From the NCBI GenBank assembly GCA_014238825.1, contig JABAAI010000001.1:1-34973 (forward strand): a stretch of 34,973 nt of DNA. Reading direction: 5' to 3'. Each line of letters starts with the position of its first letter. Within the stretch, counting starts at the first letter, position 1. The notes beneath the pieces were generated by a model. It made no database searches, was not told where the DNA came from, and worked only from the letters and a program-made list of their open reading frames with translations. Below are positions 16,865-26,116 of this stretch, piece by piece. Both the position numbers and the translations under genes were made by a program. This DNA comes from Leptospirales bacterium (lineage in GTDB: Bacteria > Spirochaetota > Leptospiria > Leptospirales > Leptonemataceae).

Positions 16865-17926
16865 TTACAATTCCTCATAAGTTTTTTCAGCAAAACGGTC
16901 AGTCATGCCAGCAATGTAATCAGTGACACTGCGTTCTAGTCCATCTTTAGTGATGATATCTTGATATTGCCTAGGCATCTTATCAGGGGATTTCAAAAAA
17001 TATGAAAAAAGCTTCGTGATTATTTCTTGTCCTCTTTCTGACATTTTTATTACGGAGGGGGCTTGGTAGAGTTTCTCTTTTAAGTAGGAGTAGAGTTCTT
17101 CTATATTGGCTTTTGTTTCTGGGGCTAGTGAAATAATTTGCTTCGAAGTCTTATTATTTTTACTTAGTGAGTGAATAATAAGTTCTTTGATGCTTTTGTT
17201 CATAATATGACGGATTATCGCTCTCAAGCGAATCGGATAACGGGCGTTTTCAAATTCCTTTTTATTATTTTCTTTTAGGAAGTAACAGGCCTCTTTCCAA
17301 TATTGGACTTGATCTAAGTCTGAAAACTTTAGGATACCAGAATCGACGCCATCTTCTAGGTCATGATGCACATATGCTAGGCGGTCACATATATCTACTA
17401 AAATAGCTTCACTATACTGAGGTTTTTTTGAACGTTCGTCCACAAGTGGGGCTAGCTCATTATCGCATTCATATACTCTTGGCCTTTTCATTATTCCTTT
17501 GAGAGTTATACGAGTAAGATTTAGACCGGGAAAATTTAGATAAGGCATTTCCAATTTTGTTATTTGGCGTAGTCCTTGACAATTGTGTTCGAAGCCTCCA
17601 TGTCCTTGCATTAAGTCATTTAAAATATCTTGACCAGCATGAGCAAATGGTGGATGTCCCAAGTCATGGGCCAGAGCGATAGCTTCTGCTAAATCTTGAT
17701 TTAGCTTTAAAGCAAAGCTAGCAAAGCGAGCAATTTGGGCTACTTCTAGGGAGTGAGTAAGACGCGTGCGATATGTATCTCCTTCAGAATTTGTAAAAAC
17801 TTGGGTTTTATATCCCAAGCGACGAAAGGCTTTAGAGTATAAGATGCGATCCCTGTCATGCTGAAAGTCATTGCGATAAGTATCGAAGTTTGAGGTGTCT
17901 TTATCATACAAGCGCTCTTCGTTCAT
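16865..17926 (-). CDS. dgt: dGTP triphosphohydrolase-like HD-domain protein
   Basis: 353 aa. Motifs are FQHDRDRILYSKAFRRL, RTRLTHSLEVAQIAR, HDLGHPPFAHAGQ and a C-terminal DYIAGMTDRFA. Confidence 0.85.
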   Translation of the reverse strand: MNEERLYDKDTSNFDTYRNDFQHDRDRILYSKAFRRLGYKTQVFTNSEGDTYRTRLTHSLEVAQIARFASFALKLNQDLAEAIALAHDLGHPPFAHAGQDILNDLMQGHGGFEHNCQGLRQITKLEMPYLNFPGLNLTRITLKGIMKRPRVYECDNELAPLVDERSKKPQYSEAILVDICDRLAYVHHDLEDGVDSGILKFSDLDQVQYWKEACYFLKENNKKEFENARYPIRLRAIIRHIMNKSIKELIIHSLSKNNKTSKQIISLAPETKANIEELYSYLKEKLYQAPSVIKMSERGQEIITKLFSYFLKSPDKMPRQYQDIITKDGLERSVTDYIAGMTDRFAEKTYEEL

Positions 17927-18112
17927 AATCTAGGTGTATTATTTAATCTAGTACCTTCTTTGTAAATAGCTATTATAGTAATTAATTTAATTTGAGCTTG
18001 CAAAACCTAGTTGGGATGCTAGTATTTGGAGTGGTCTGGATGATGCTAATTCTTTAGCAACTCTCGGCTCATTTAATAACTGAAAGAGTTTCGTGCTCTG
18101 TTTTCTTATTAT

Positions 18113-18145
18113 AGGTAGATAGTCCGATAATCGGACTATCTACCT
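18113..18145. repeat. Perfect 33-nt palindrome (16-nt arms around one central A) in the dgt-rsmI spacer
   Basis: The read sequence is AGGTAGATAGTCCGAT-A-ATCGGACTATCTACCT. It can extend by an A-T and a T-G pair to 18111-18147. No T-run follows on either strand, so it is not a classic terminator. Confidence 0.9.
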
Positions 18146-18351
18146 GTCGGACGGTTATTAAAGTGATAGCACTGATAACCGTAATGCATTTTTGATAATC
18201 GAAATAATTTCATAATAATTATGATAATCTATCCTGCAGACAGGATGATTTTAGGACATTTTTCATAAAAATTCTGAAAAATGCTTGTATTTTTCACGTT
18301 TTTATGGTATTGTCTGTGCTTCTTTCAGCTTTACTCGAGCTAAATCTGGCT

Positions 18352-19128
18352 ATGAAAAAAATAAATGAAATTGAAAAATTGGATATTAATTGGCAGAAAT
18401 TTATAGCAGAGATTAGCACCACACCACTAGAGAAACCTTGTCTTTATATTGTGGCAACTCCCATTGGTAATTTAGAGGATATTAGTATTCGTTCTTTGCG
18501 TATCTTGAGTCAGGTTGATTGGATTGTCTGTGAAGACACCCGGCGAACTTCTAAAATTTTACAAAAATATGCTATTCATAACAAATCACTCAAATCATAT
18601 CGCCAACATCAGAAGCAAAAAGATTTAGACTGGGTCTACCAAAAGCTAAGTTGTAATTGTACTTTGGCTCTAACTAGTGAGGCAGGTACTCCCGGAATTT
18701 CTGATCCTGGAGCAGACCTAGTACGTGAAGTAAGAGCTAGGCAACTTGCTAAGATAGTACCAATTCCCGGTCCCTCGGCTTTGGCTACGGCACTTTCTGT
18801 CTCCGGTTGGCAAACTAATCCGACTATCTTTACTGGTTTTTTAAGCATGCGTAAATCACGTCGAGTTAATGCTCTAAAGGAATTGAATGATTTCCATGGT
18901 GCAATTGTGCTTTATGAATCAGTTCATCGTCTAAAAAAAATTATTATGGAAATTCAAGAAAATATTCCTCACCGCGACCTTTTGCTTAGCAGAGAAATGA
19001 GCAAGTATTATGAGGAGTTTATTTTATTTCGAGGGGACATTCCAATGACTTGGGAAGAAAAGCTAAAAGGATTAAAACTCAAGGGTGAGTTTACTCTCGT
19101 AATTTCTCCTTTGAGAGTGAAGAGCTAG
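18352..19128 (+). CDS. rsmI: 16S rRNA (cytidine1402-2'-O)-methyltransferase
   Basis: Motifs are LYIVATPIGNLEDIS, CEDTRRTSKIL, TSEAGTPGISDPG, PIPGPSA, LYESVHRL and REMSKYYEE. The track starts at ATG 18304, which adds a hydrophobic 16-aa leader. I prefer ATG 18352 (MKKINEIEKL...). The end is the same. Confidence 0.85.
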   Translation: MKKINEIEKLDINWQKFIAEISTTPLEKPCLYIVATPIGNLEDISIRSLRILSQVDWIVCEDTRRTSKILQKYAIHNKSLKSYRQHQKQKDLDWVYQKLSCNCTLALTSEAGTPGISDPGADLVREVRARQLAKIVPIPGPSALATALSVSGWQTNPTIFTGFLSMRKSRRVNALKELNDFHGAIVLYESVHRLKKIIMEIQENIPHRDLLLSREMSKYYEEFILFRGDIPMTWEEKLKGLKLKGEFTLVISPLRVKS

Positions 19129-19137
19129 CTAATGTTT

Positions 19138-21186
19138 CTAGTTAGCTTTGGCTATAGCTTTTTCTTTTTCTTCGACTACATCCATCACCTTTGCGATAAC
19201 TTTAGTGAGTTCATAATCAGAGGGGCCAAAGATAGCTTTGATGCCTAGTTTTTCTAAGTCTTTTATATCTTCCTTAGGAATAATGCCTCCAAGCACTAAT
19301 GGAATATGATCTTTGGCACCTAGTTCACTAAGCTTTTCTAAAATATCTTTTACTAATTCTAAATGAGAGCCACTCAGTACAGAGATGCCAATCACATCGG
19401 TATTTTCTTCAATGGCACTTCTAACGATTTCTTCAGGGCTTAGACGAATACCGGCATAAATCACATCGAAGCCAGCATGACGGGCACTTAGTGCGATTAA
19501 TTCTGCTCCATTGGAATGGCCATCTAGGCCCGGTTTTGCAACTACCATTCGAGGACGATGACCATAATTTTCTATAAAATTATTGATGCGTTGTATCAGG
19601 GCTTGGAGTTGTTCATTATCAAAATGGAGTTTTTGACTTTCAATCCCTGTGAGCGGCTTATACTCCCCAAGAACTTGGCGTAAGGTATTAGCCCACTCTC
19701 CAGTTGTAACGCGGGCTAGGGCGCATTCGATAGAAGCTTCCATGAGCTGTTCCCCTTTAAGGGCATTTTTTTCTAATTTTGCTAAGGCAAGTTTAACTTT
19801 ATTATCATCTCTTTTAGCTAAGCTTTGCTCTAGGCATTTGAGTGTCTCTTGGGCGGCTTTGGGATCTACGCTAAAGATACCTCCCCCTTGCTCTGACTTA
19901 ATATTTTCGCTGCCTAGTAATGGAGACCTTAGTCCCTCTGTCCAACGATTGAGGCCAACTACTATTTGTTCGCCTGTGTTAATGCGACTCATGCGATGCG
20001 ACATTGAATTCACAAGCTTACTTTTCATGTAACCAGATTCTACTGCTTTTTGAACCCCACCCATACCAAGGATTTTATCTATTTCTTGCCGGGCTTCTTT
20101 TTTTAGTTCTTCTGTCTTTGAGCTAATGACAGGATTGCCATCGAAGATATCAGGATATTCCAAAAGATCTGTTTCATAGGCTAGGATTTGCTGAAGTCGT
20201 ATTGACCATTGTTGATCCCACGGATGTGGTAGACAAAAGGCCTCGTTCCAAGCTGGTAATTGAAGTGCTCGGCAACGAGCTTTCCGGCTTAGGCTTACTC
20301 CTAGAGTTTCGATTAAAATACGCCAAGCGTTATTCTCCGGTTGGGCTTCTGTGAGGCCTAGGGAGTTAACCTGGACTCCATAGCGGAAACGTCTGTAGCG
20401 TTCATTTTTCACTCCATAGCGATCTTTAGTAATTTCATCCCAAAGCTCTGTAAAGGCGCGCATTTTACAAGTTTCTTCCACAAAGCGTATTCCTGAGTTA
20501 ACAAAGAAACTAATTCGTCCCACAATCTTTTCAAAATCGCCATCATCTGCTGAAAATTTATTTCTCTCTTTGATTAGGTCTAGAATACCAATAGCACTAG
20601 CTAAGGCAAAGGATAGTTCTTGCACTGGGCTTGCTCCCGCTTCTTGTAAGTGATAGGAGCAGATATTAGATGGATTCCACTTAGGAAGATTTTTAAGGCA
20701 GTACTCATACATTTCAGCGATCATATTCATGCTTGCTGCAGGTGGGAAAATATAGGTTCCACGTGCCAAGTATTCTTTGATAATATCATTTTGAGTTGTG
20801 CCTTGGAGCTTGGCTATGTCTTCACCGCGTTCTTGGGCGAGGGCAATATATAAGGCAAGGAGCCACATAGAACTTGCATTGATAGTCATAGAAGTATTCA
20901 TTTGAGATAGCGGTAACTCATCAAAGAGGACATGAAAATCATCTAAGCTATTGATTGGTACGCCGACTTTTCCTATCTCTGGTCTAGCAATGGGATGATT
21001 GGAGCTATAGCCACATTGAGTTGGTAGGTCAAAGGCAATTGAGAGTCCTGTTTGACCCTTGGCTAGGTTGGAGCGGTAGAGTTGGTTAGAGGTTTTGGCG
21101 TTACTATGACCGGCGTATGTTCTAAAAATCCATGGCTTGTCCCTTAGAATTTCACCGTCATCATCATAGAGGGAATGTTTTTTCAT
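19138..21186 (-). CDS. Fused B12-dependent acyl-CoA mutase (methylmalonyl-CoA mutase family, MeaA/Ecm-like architecture)
   Basis: 682 aa. The catalytic barrel has PWIFRTYAGHS, GQTGLSIAFDLPTQCGY, NTSMTINA and TTQNDIIKEYLARGTYIFPP. The C-terminal cobalamin domain has DxHxxG (LDGHSNG) and SVLSGSH...GGIIP. Assignment to the MeaA/Ecm subtype is from memory only. Confidence 0.8.
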   Translation of the reverse strand: MKKHSLYDDDGEILRDKPWIFRTYAGHSNAKTSNQLYRSNLAKGQTGLSIAFDLPTQCGYSSNHPIARPEIGKVGVPINSLDDFHVLFDELPLSQMNTSMTINASSMWLLALYIALAQERGEDIAKLQGTTQNDIIKEYLARGTYIFPPAASMNMIAEMYEYCLKNLPKWNPSNICSYHLQEAGASPVQELSFALASAIGILDLIKERNKFSADDGDFEKIVGRISFFVNSGIRFVEETCKMRAFTELWDEITKDRYGVKNERYRRFRYGVQVNSLGLTEAQPENNAWRILIETLGVSLSRKARCRALQLPAWNEAFCLPHPWDQQWSIRLQQILAYETDLLEYPDIFDGNPVISSKTEELKKEARQEIDKILGMGGVQKAVESGYMKSKLVNSMSHRMSRINTGEQIVVGLNRWTEGLRSPLLGSENIKSEQGGGIFSVDPKAAQETLKCLEQSLAKRDDNKVKLALAKLEKNALKGEQLMEASIECALARVTTGEWANTLRQVLGEYKPLTGIESQKLHFDNEQLQALIQRINNFIENYGHRPRMVVAKPGLDGHSNGAELIALSARHAGFDVIYAGIRLSPEEIVRSAIEENTDVIGISVLSGSHLELVKDILEKLSELGAKDHIPLVLGGIIPKEDIKDLEKLGIKAIFGPSDYELTKVIAKVMDVVEEKEKAIAKAN

Positions 21187-21208
21187 AGCAAGGTGCGGAT
21201 GTTCTCAT

Positions 21209-22987
21209 TTAGGGACTGAGTTCCTTTGCTGTAGAATAGCCTATAATATTTTTGTACCATTTATTATCAAGATATTCTTTGGGATTAACCTTTTCTAGCA
21301 TAAGATCTGTTACAGCGCCATATTCTGCAGAACTCACTAGACAAGCGTATTTTGCCATGAGACCTCTAGTATAGCGTGGCGGCTTTGGCTTCCACTCCTT
21401 GGTTCTCGCCATCAATTCATCTATAGAAAGATGAACTTGAATTGTATTAGAGTAGGCATCGATAGTAATTAAATCATGTTCTTTTAGTAGGGCGATTGGT
21501 CCGCCCAAAGCCGCCTCAGGAGCAACGTGACCGACAACCATTCCGTAGCTTCCGCCTGAAAATCGGCCATCTGTTATAAGACCTACGCTTTCTCCGAGGC
21601 CCTTGCCAATTAAAAGAGCAGTTGGCCCAAGCATTTCTCGCATACCAGGTCCTCCGCGAGGTCCTTCATAGCGAATAACAAGAACATCTCCTCCTTTAAT
21701 TTTATCTTGCATAATGGCATCAGTGCATTCTTCCTCTGAATCAAAGATACGGGCTTCTCCAGTAATTGCAGGCTTTTTCACTCCAGAAATTTTAGCAACA
21801 GCTCCACCCGGTGCAATATTACCCCTTAAAATGACAATGTGTCCTCTATTATATATAGGGTTTTCTATGGGATAGATGACGTCTTGATTTTTTGGTGGTT
21901 TAGCTAAGATATTTGCTAGGTTTTCTTTCACAGTAATTCCAGTTACCGTCATGCAATCGCCATGCAATAGTCCTTCATTTAATAAAATTTTCATAACTTG
22001 AGGAATACCACCGACTGCATGTAAATCAACAGTAAGGTACTTTCCAGATGGTTTCATATTCACGATGTGCGGTGTGCGACGAGCAATTTTTTCAAAGTCA
22101 TCAATCGTGAGGGCTATTTTTGCGGCATGGGCAATGGCTAGGATATGGAGGACAGCGTTAGTAGAGCCACCTATAGCCATAACTGTAGTGATAGCATTTT
22201 CTATGGATTCACGCGTGATTATATCTAAGGGTAGTAAATTCCTCTGCAATAGATTGAGTAGAGTTTTTCCTGCTTCTTTGGCAGATTTATGTATTTCTGT
22301 AACGCCACTAGTCATACTAGAACTATAAGGTAGACTCATTCCGAGCGCCTCAAAAGCAGATGACATAGTGTTGGCAGTGTACATTCCGCCACAACTTCCA
22401 GTACCGGGGCAGGCACGGCGTTCAATTTGTTCTAAATCTTCGAGCGACATTTGTTTGGAGTTATAAGTACCAACAGCTTCAAAAACAGAAACTATATTTA
22501 AATCATTACCTTTGTAGCGACCTCCTTTGATAGTACCGCCATAAACAAAAATAGCAGGGATATTAAGGCGAGCCATCGCAATCATCGCACCAGGCATATT
22601 TTTATCACAACCACCTACTGCCACTAGACCATCGAGACTCTGGGCTTGGCATACATTTTCTATGCTATCGGCAATGGTCTCACGGCTAACTAGTGAATAC
22701 TTCATTCCTTCTGATCCCATTGATATTCCATCAGAAATAGTTATGGTACCAAAAGTCTGTGCAACGCCACCACTTTCTTGTACACCTTCTGCTGCTAATT
22801 CAGCCATGGGAGCAATACCTGCATTACAAGGAGTGATATTACTGTGAGAGTTTGAAATCCCGATGATTGGCTTAGTGAAGTCCTTGTCCTCTAGACCAAC
22901 GGCACGCAGCATCGCTCTATTAGGGGCACGATTATCACCTTCTGTGATATTTTTACTATTCCAGTTCATTGTTTTTTTATTTTCCAT
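21209..22987 (-). CDS. ilvD: Dihydroxy-acid dehydratase
   Basis: 592 aa. Motifs are [65 protein letters not shown] and TDGRFSGGS. It has about 30 aa of extra C-terminus. Confidence 0.95.
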   Translation of the reverse strand: MENKKTMNWNSKNITEGDNRAPNRAMLRAVGLEDKDFTKPIIGISNSHSNITPCNAGIAPMAELAAEGVQESGGVAQTFGTITISDGISMGSEGMKYSLVSRETIADSIENVCQAQSLDGLVAVGGCDKNMPGAMIAMARLNIPAIFVYGGTIKGGRYKGNDLNIVSVFEAVGTYNSKQMSLEDLEQIERRACPGTGSCGGMYTANTMSSAFEALGMSLPYSSSMTSGVTEIHKSAKEAGKTLLNLLQRNLLPLDIITRESIENAITTVMAIGGSTNAVLHILAIAHAAKIALTIDDFEKIARRTPHIVNMKPSGKYLTVDLHAVGGIPQVMKILLNEGLLHGDCMTVTGITVKENLANILAKPPKNQDVIYPIENPIYNRGHIVILRGNIAPGGAVAKISGVKKPAITGEARIFDSEEECTDAIMQDKIKGGDVLVIRYEGPRGGPGMREMLGPTALLIGKGLGESVGLITDGRFSGGSYGMVVGHVAPEAALGGPIALLKEHDLITIDAYSNTIQVHLSIDELMARTKEWKPKPPRYTRGLMAKYACLVSSAEYGAVTDLMLEKVNPKEYLDNKWYKNIIGYSTAKELSP

Positions 22988-23213
22988 GATTGAGATGCAA
23001 ACTAGTTGTTTAAGTTTTAAGAGTCAATAAGAAAAAAGCATTTCATTAAAACGCAATACTGAACACTTAAAATTTTATATTGCTTGACGTACGCGTAAGA
23101 ATGTATTTCATTGACTTTAGCTTATGACAGGTGAATCTCTCTATGATGTGCTTTTATGAGCGATTTATCTAAGATATAGGCCGAGAAAAGTTATAATATC
23201 TTAATTTCAATAC

Positions 23214-24401
23214 ATGAAATTCCCACGTATTGAAAACGCTCAATTGAATTCTAAGCGAGCCCTTCTAAGAATTGAGGGTACTGGGATTTTAGATCAAAAC
23301 TCTGCTATCTATAATCCAATTCCATTACTTGCTGTCATCCCAACTATTAAATTTCTTTTGCAGAGGGGGGCTTCTGTTTTAATTCTTACCAATACTTCTG
23401 ACAAAATCAAGCCTCAAGCAGATGAATTGCACGCTTTGATAGAATATTTTAGTAAGGAACTCAATCAAAACGTGGATTATATACGTGATCCTTTTGCCGA
23501 GCAAGCTTTAGGTGGAGGTTCTAATAAACTAAGTCAAGTTGCAGTCTTAGAAAACTTAGACTTTTATCCAGAAGAAAGATCAAATAAACATAGCTTTGCT
23601 AAAAAATTAGCAAAATTAGGAGATGTTTATGTTAATGATGCCCGTAGTGCTAATGGATATGAGTACGCCTCTGTAGTTGAATTAACAAAATTATTACCAT
23701 CATTTATAGGACTTGGTTTGCATCAAAGATTGCTATTGCTTAAATCTCTTATGGATACTCAGAGAGATAAATTTTGTCTCATCGTGGGAGGCGTTAACTT
23801 GGATAAAAAACTTAGCTTCCTTAGTAAATGTGTTACCCGAGTAAACACAATTTTAATAGGAGGAGGAATAGCTTATGGATTTTTATATTCGCGTGCTATA
23901 CCTATAGGTCGTTCTTTGCGCGAAGCTGACTTGGATGTCCCTGCTTTTCAATTTTTAGAAAAGGCTAATTTCGAGAAAGTAAAAGTTGCCCTACCTACAG
24001 ATCATTTACTTAGCAAGAGTATCGATGCAGATGCTTCTTGTAAGAATAGTAGCTCTATACCACAAGATTGGCTCGGAGTTGAGATAGGTAATAAAACACT
24101 TAAGCGTTTTGAGAGCCTCGTAAAAAAGGAGCCACTCATTGTTTGGTATGGCCCACTAGGAGTCACAGAGCTTGATAAGTACAGCCGAGGAAGTTTTCGT
24201 CTCGCAAAAACTCTAGCTAAGTCTAAGGGGCAGGTCTTTGCTATAGGCGATGAAACATGCCGGTTGATTTATTCTACTGCTAAGCATCAAAACTATGATT
24301 GTCTAGAATCCAATAGTGAATTTGTTCTAAAAGTCTTGCTTGATGTTCCATTGCCTGGTATTATTGCTATTCAAGAAAATGAGAGTATAAACGAATCTTA
24401 G
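23214..24401 (+). CDS. Phosphoglycerate kinase-fold protein with degenerate active-site and substrate-binding motifs
   Basis: 395 aa, collinear with PGK (IPTIKFLLQRGASV, VLENLDFYPEE, YVNDA, IVGGVNLDKKL, LIGGGIAYGFL, WYGPLGVTE). However SHLGRP reads TNTSDK, NxRF reads NLDF, GTAHRAHAS reads RSANGYEYAS and GGGD(S/T) reads AIGDE. See the findings. Confidence 0.7.
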   Translation: MKFPRIENAQLNSKRALLRIEGTGILDQNSAIYNPIPLLAVIPTIKFLLQRGASVLILTNTSDKIKPQADELHALIEYFSKELNQNVDYIRDPFAEQALGGGSNKLSQVAVLENLDFYPEERSNKHSFAKKLAKLGDVYVNDARSANGYEYASVVELTKLLPSFIGLGLHQRLLLLKSLMDTQRDKFCLIVGGVNLDKKLSFLSKCVTRVNTILIGGGIAYGFLYSRAIPIGRSLREADLDVPAFQFLEKANFEKVKVALPTDHLLSKSIDADASCKNSSSIPQDWLGVEIGNKTLKRFESLVKKEPLIVWYGPLGVTELDKYSRGSFRLAKTLAKSKGQVFAIGDETCRLIYSTAKHQNYDCLESNSEFVLKVLLDVPLPGIIAIQENESINES

Positions 24402-25589
24402 TTGAAGAGAGTTTTAAGTAAAAGTATGAATAGAGTTTTTATAATTATTATTGGAATAATCTTTCTTTTAATAATATTCCCCTTATGGTACTGGTATGAT
24501 TCTTATAATGATATTAATACACTCTTAAAGGGGCATGAGCCATTTGCTATTCGTTTAGCGTTTATAGACGATAGCAAAAAAGACGATGATGATTCTCTTA
24601 GCTTTCTTTCCCAAGTAATTATTTTTCCTAAGCAGAAACGCATAATGCTCTATTGTGTTAGTACCAAGGCCCATTACGATGGTGATTTGCTTAGTGCTAT
24701 GGAGCCCAGCTCAGCTATAAAATTCAAAAAATATACAGGTCTTTCTAATAGAAAATATATTCATGTTAAGGCGAGTAGTGGAGCGAGGCTATTAGATTTA
24801 TTTGGAGGTGTGACCGTCTTTTTTGAGAAGCCCGTCTTTTTTGAAGATTCAGAATATCAATATCCTATTTCAACTCACCAGTTACCGGGAGGGCAAGTCT
24901 TTGAATATATCTTGGCTAATTTATCCAGAAAAAATAATCAGGATTTAAAAGATAACCCACAAGCAAATTTATATCGCCAAGAAAGTATGATTCTTAATAT
25001 GTTTTGGCAGCGCAATAAATTACGCTCTCAACTAGAGAACAATTTTTATGCACTCTCTGATGAACTTAAGTTATTAATTACAAGCATGATAGATACAAAC
25101 TTTAGTTTGAAAGAACTCGACAGTTTTTTTCACTATATCATGGATGGAGATGTTCACCTGAGTGCTTTGGAAATGCCTTTAGAGTTTATTAAAAGTAATG
25201 GTAGAAAAGTGCTGAATATTAAAAGCAAGCGAGCTGGTAGGCATTTTAGAGACAAGGTAACGCAGGCAAAAATAAGCTGGAGGAAGCCAGACGAAAGCTA
25301 TTCGGTGCAAATTTTGAACGGTACTCATCTTAGAGGTCTTGGGCGTAGAGTAAAATTTTCTTTACAAAATTTAAGTCCAAGAGTGATAGATGTTGACAAT
25401 TATGAGCCAAAACCTCTATTGAAGACTATGATACTGGAACGTTCAGGAAGTACTTTTATTGCAAAGCAACTTATTGAGCTTATGCGATTAGATAGAAATG
25501 TGGTTAGTTTTTACCGGCAGGCATCGGATATCGATGTGACTTTTTTGGTAGGAAATGACTTTAATAAAAATAGATTCCAAAAGAGGTAG
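24402..25589 (+). CDS. Membrane-anchored LCP-like protein with a LytR_C C-terminal domain
   Basis: 395 aa. It has an N-terminal TM helix (VFIIIIGIIFLLIIFPLWYW) and a central region with LCP-like layout, but I cannot find the conserved Arg residues. The C-terminus (VQILNGTHLRGLGRRVKFSLQNL...IDVTFLVGNDF) matches the LytR_C pattern. The TTG start directly abuts the upstream TAG. ATG 24426 is an alternative start. Confidence 0.5.
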   Translation: MKRVLSKSMNRVFIIIIGIIFLLIIFPLWYWYDSYNDINTLLKGHEPFAIRLAFIDDSKKDDDDSLSFLSQVIIFPKQKRIMLYCVSTKAHYDGDLLSAMEPSSAIKFKKYTGLSNRKYIHVKASSGARLLDLFGGVTVFFEKPVFFEDSEYQYPISTHQLPGGQVFEYILANLSRKNNQDLKDNPQANLYRQESMILNMFWQRNKLRSQLENNFYALSDELKLLITSMIDTNFSLKELDSFFHYIMDGDVHLSALEMPLEFIKSNGRKVLNIKSKRAGRHFRDKVTQAKISWRKPDESYSVQILNGTHLRGLGRRVKFSLQNLSPRVIDVDNYEPKPLLKTMILERSGSTFIAKQLIELMRLDRNVVSFYRQASDIDVTFLVGNDFNKNRFQKR

Positions 25590-25594
25590 AGCAT

Positions 25595-26113
25595 ATGTCA
25601 AAGAAGTCCCTGTCGCTTGCAAAACTAGAAAGAAAACTTGCTATAGACGCTAATCAGCCTAGTCAAGACATCCCTAATGATATGTCTAAAGAGCTGTCTT
25701 TGCCAAGCAAGGGATTGTCTCTAGATATTTGTCAATTTTTAGAAGAAAAAAAATGTCAGAAAGTTTTATTATTAGAACTTTATAAGGTTAACCCTTATTT
25801 CGATTATTTTGTAATTGCAAGTGCAAGTTCTATCTTGCATTTAAATTTTTTGTCACAGACCTTATACAAGCATTTTCGGAAAGAAGTCGCTATGAATAAT
25901 AGGAAGGAGGCCCAGAGAGATAGTCGTTCAGGGTGGGTAGCCGTGGATTTCCTTGATTTAGTAGTGCATATTTTTTTAGAAGAGCAACGTGCTTTTTATA
26001 ACTTGGAGCGACTTTGGGGTGATGCCAATGTTGTCTATCCTAAGCAAGACTCCAATTTAAAACAAAGACTCAAGGCTCTTGATTATGAAAGAGGTATGAA
26101 ATGGGAGGACTAA
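25595..26113 (+). CDS. rsfS: Ribosome silencing factor RsfS (iojap-like) with terminal extensions
   Basis: 172 aa. The core is DYFVIASASS...GWVAVDFLDLVVHIFLEEQRAFYNLERLWGDA. A GAGG SD lies 8 nt upstream. It is about 40 aa longer at the N-terminus than typical RsfS. The internal Met30 is an alternative start. Confidence 0.8.
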   Translation: MSKKSLSLAKLERKLAIDANQPSQDIPNDMSKELSLPSKGLSLDICQFLEEKKCQKVLLLELYKVNPYFDYFVIASASSILHLNFLSQTLYKHFRKEVAMNNRKEAQRDSRSGWVAVDFLDLVVHIFLEEQRAFYNLERLWGDANVVYPKQDSNLKQRLKALDYERGMKWED

Positions 26114-26116
26114 TCA

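Noticed and set aside
18016-18213. Mini-ORFs in the dgt-rsmI spacer: plus-strand 13 aa MLVFGVVWMMLIL (18016-18057) and minus-strand 25 aa MKLFRLSKMHYGYQCYHFNNRPTGR (18136-18213).
   Set aside because: They have no SD. The first overlaps the candidate -10 element and the second runs through the palindrome. Both are too short to support without conservation or expression data.
18231-18250. Hairpin ATCCTG-CAGA-CAGGAT followed by GATTTT, considered as a terminator.
   Set aside because: It has only 6 bp with modest GC and a 4-T run interrupted by GA. I mention it within the spacer finding but do not call it a terminator.
21209-22987. ilvD without neighbouring ilv genes, considered as an anomaly.
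   Set aside because: Scattered branched-chain amino-acid genes are common, and all catalytic and Fe-S motifs are intact.
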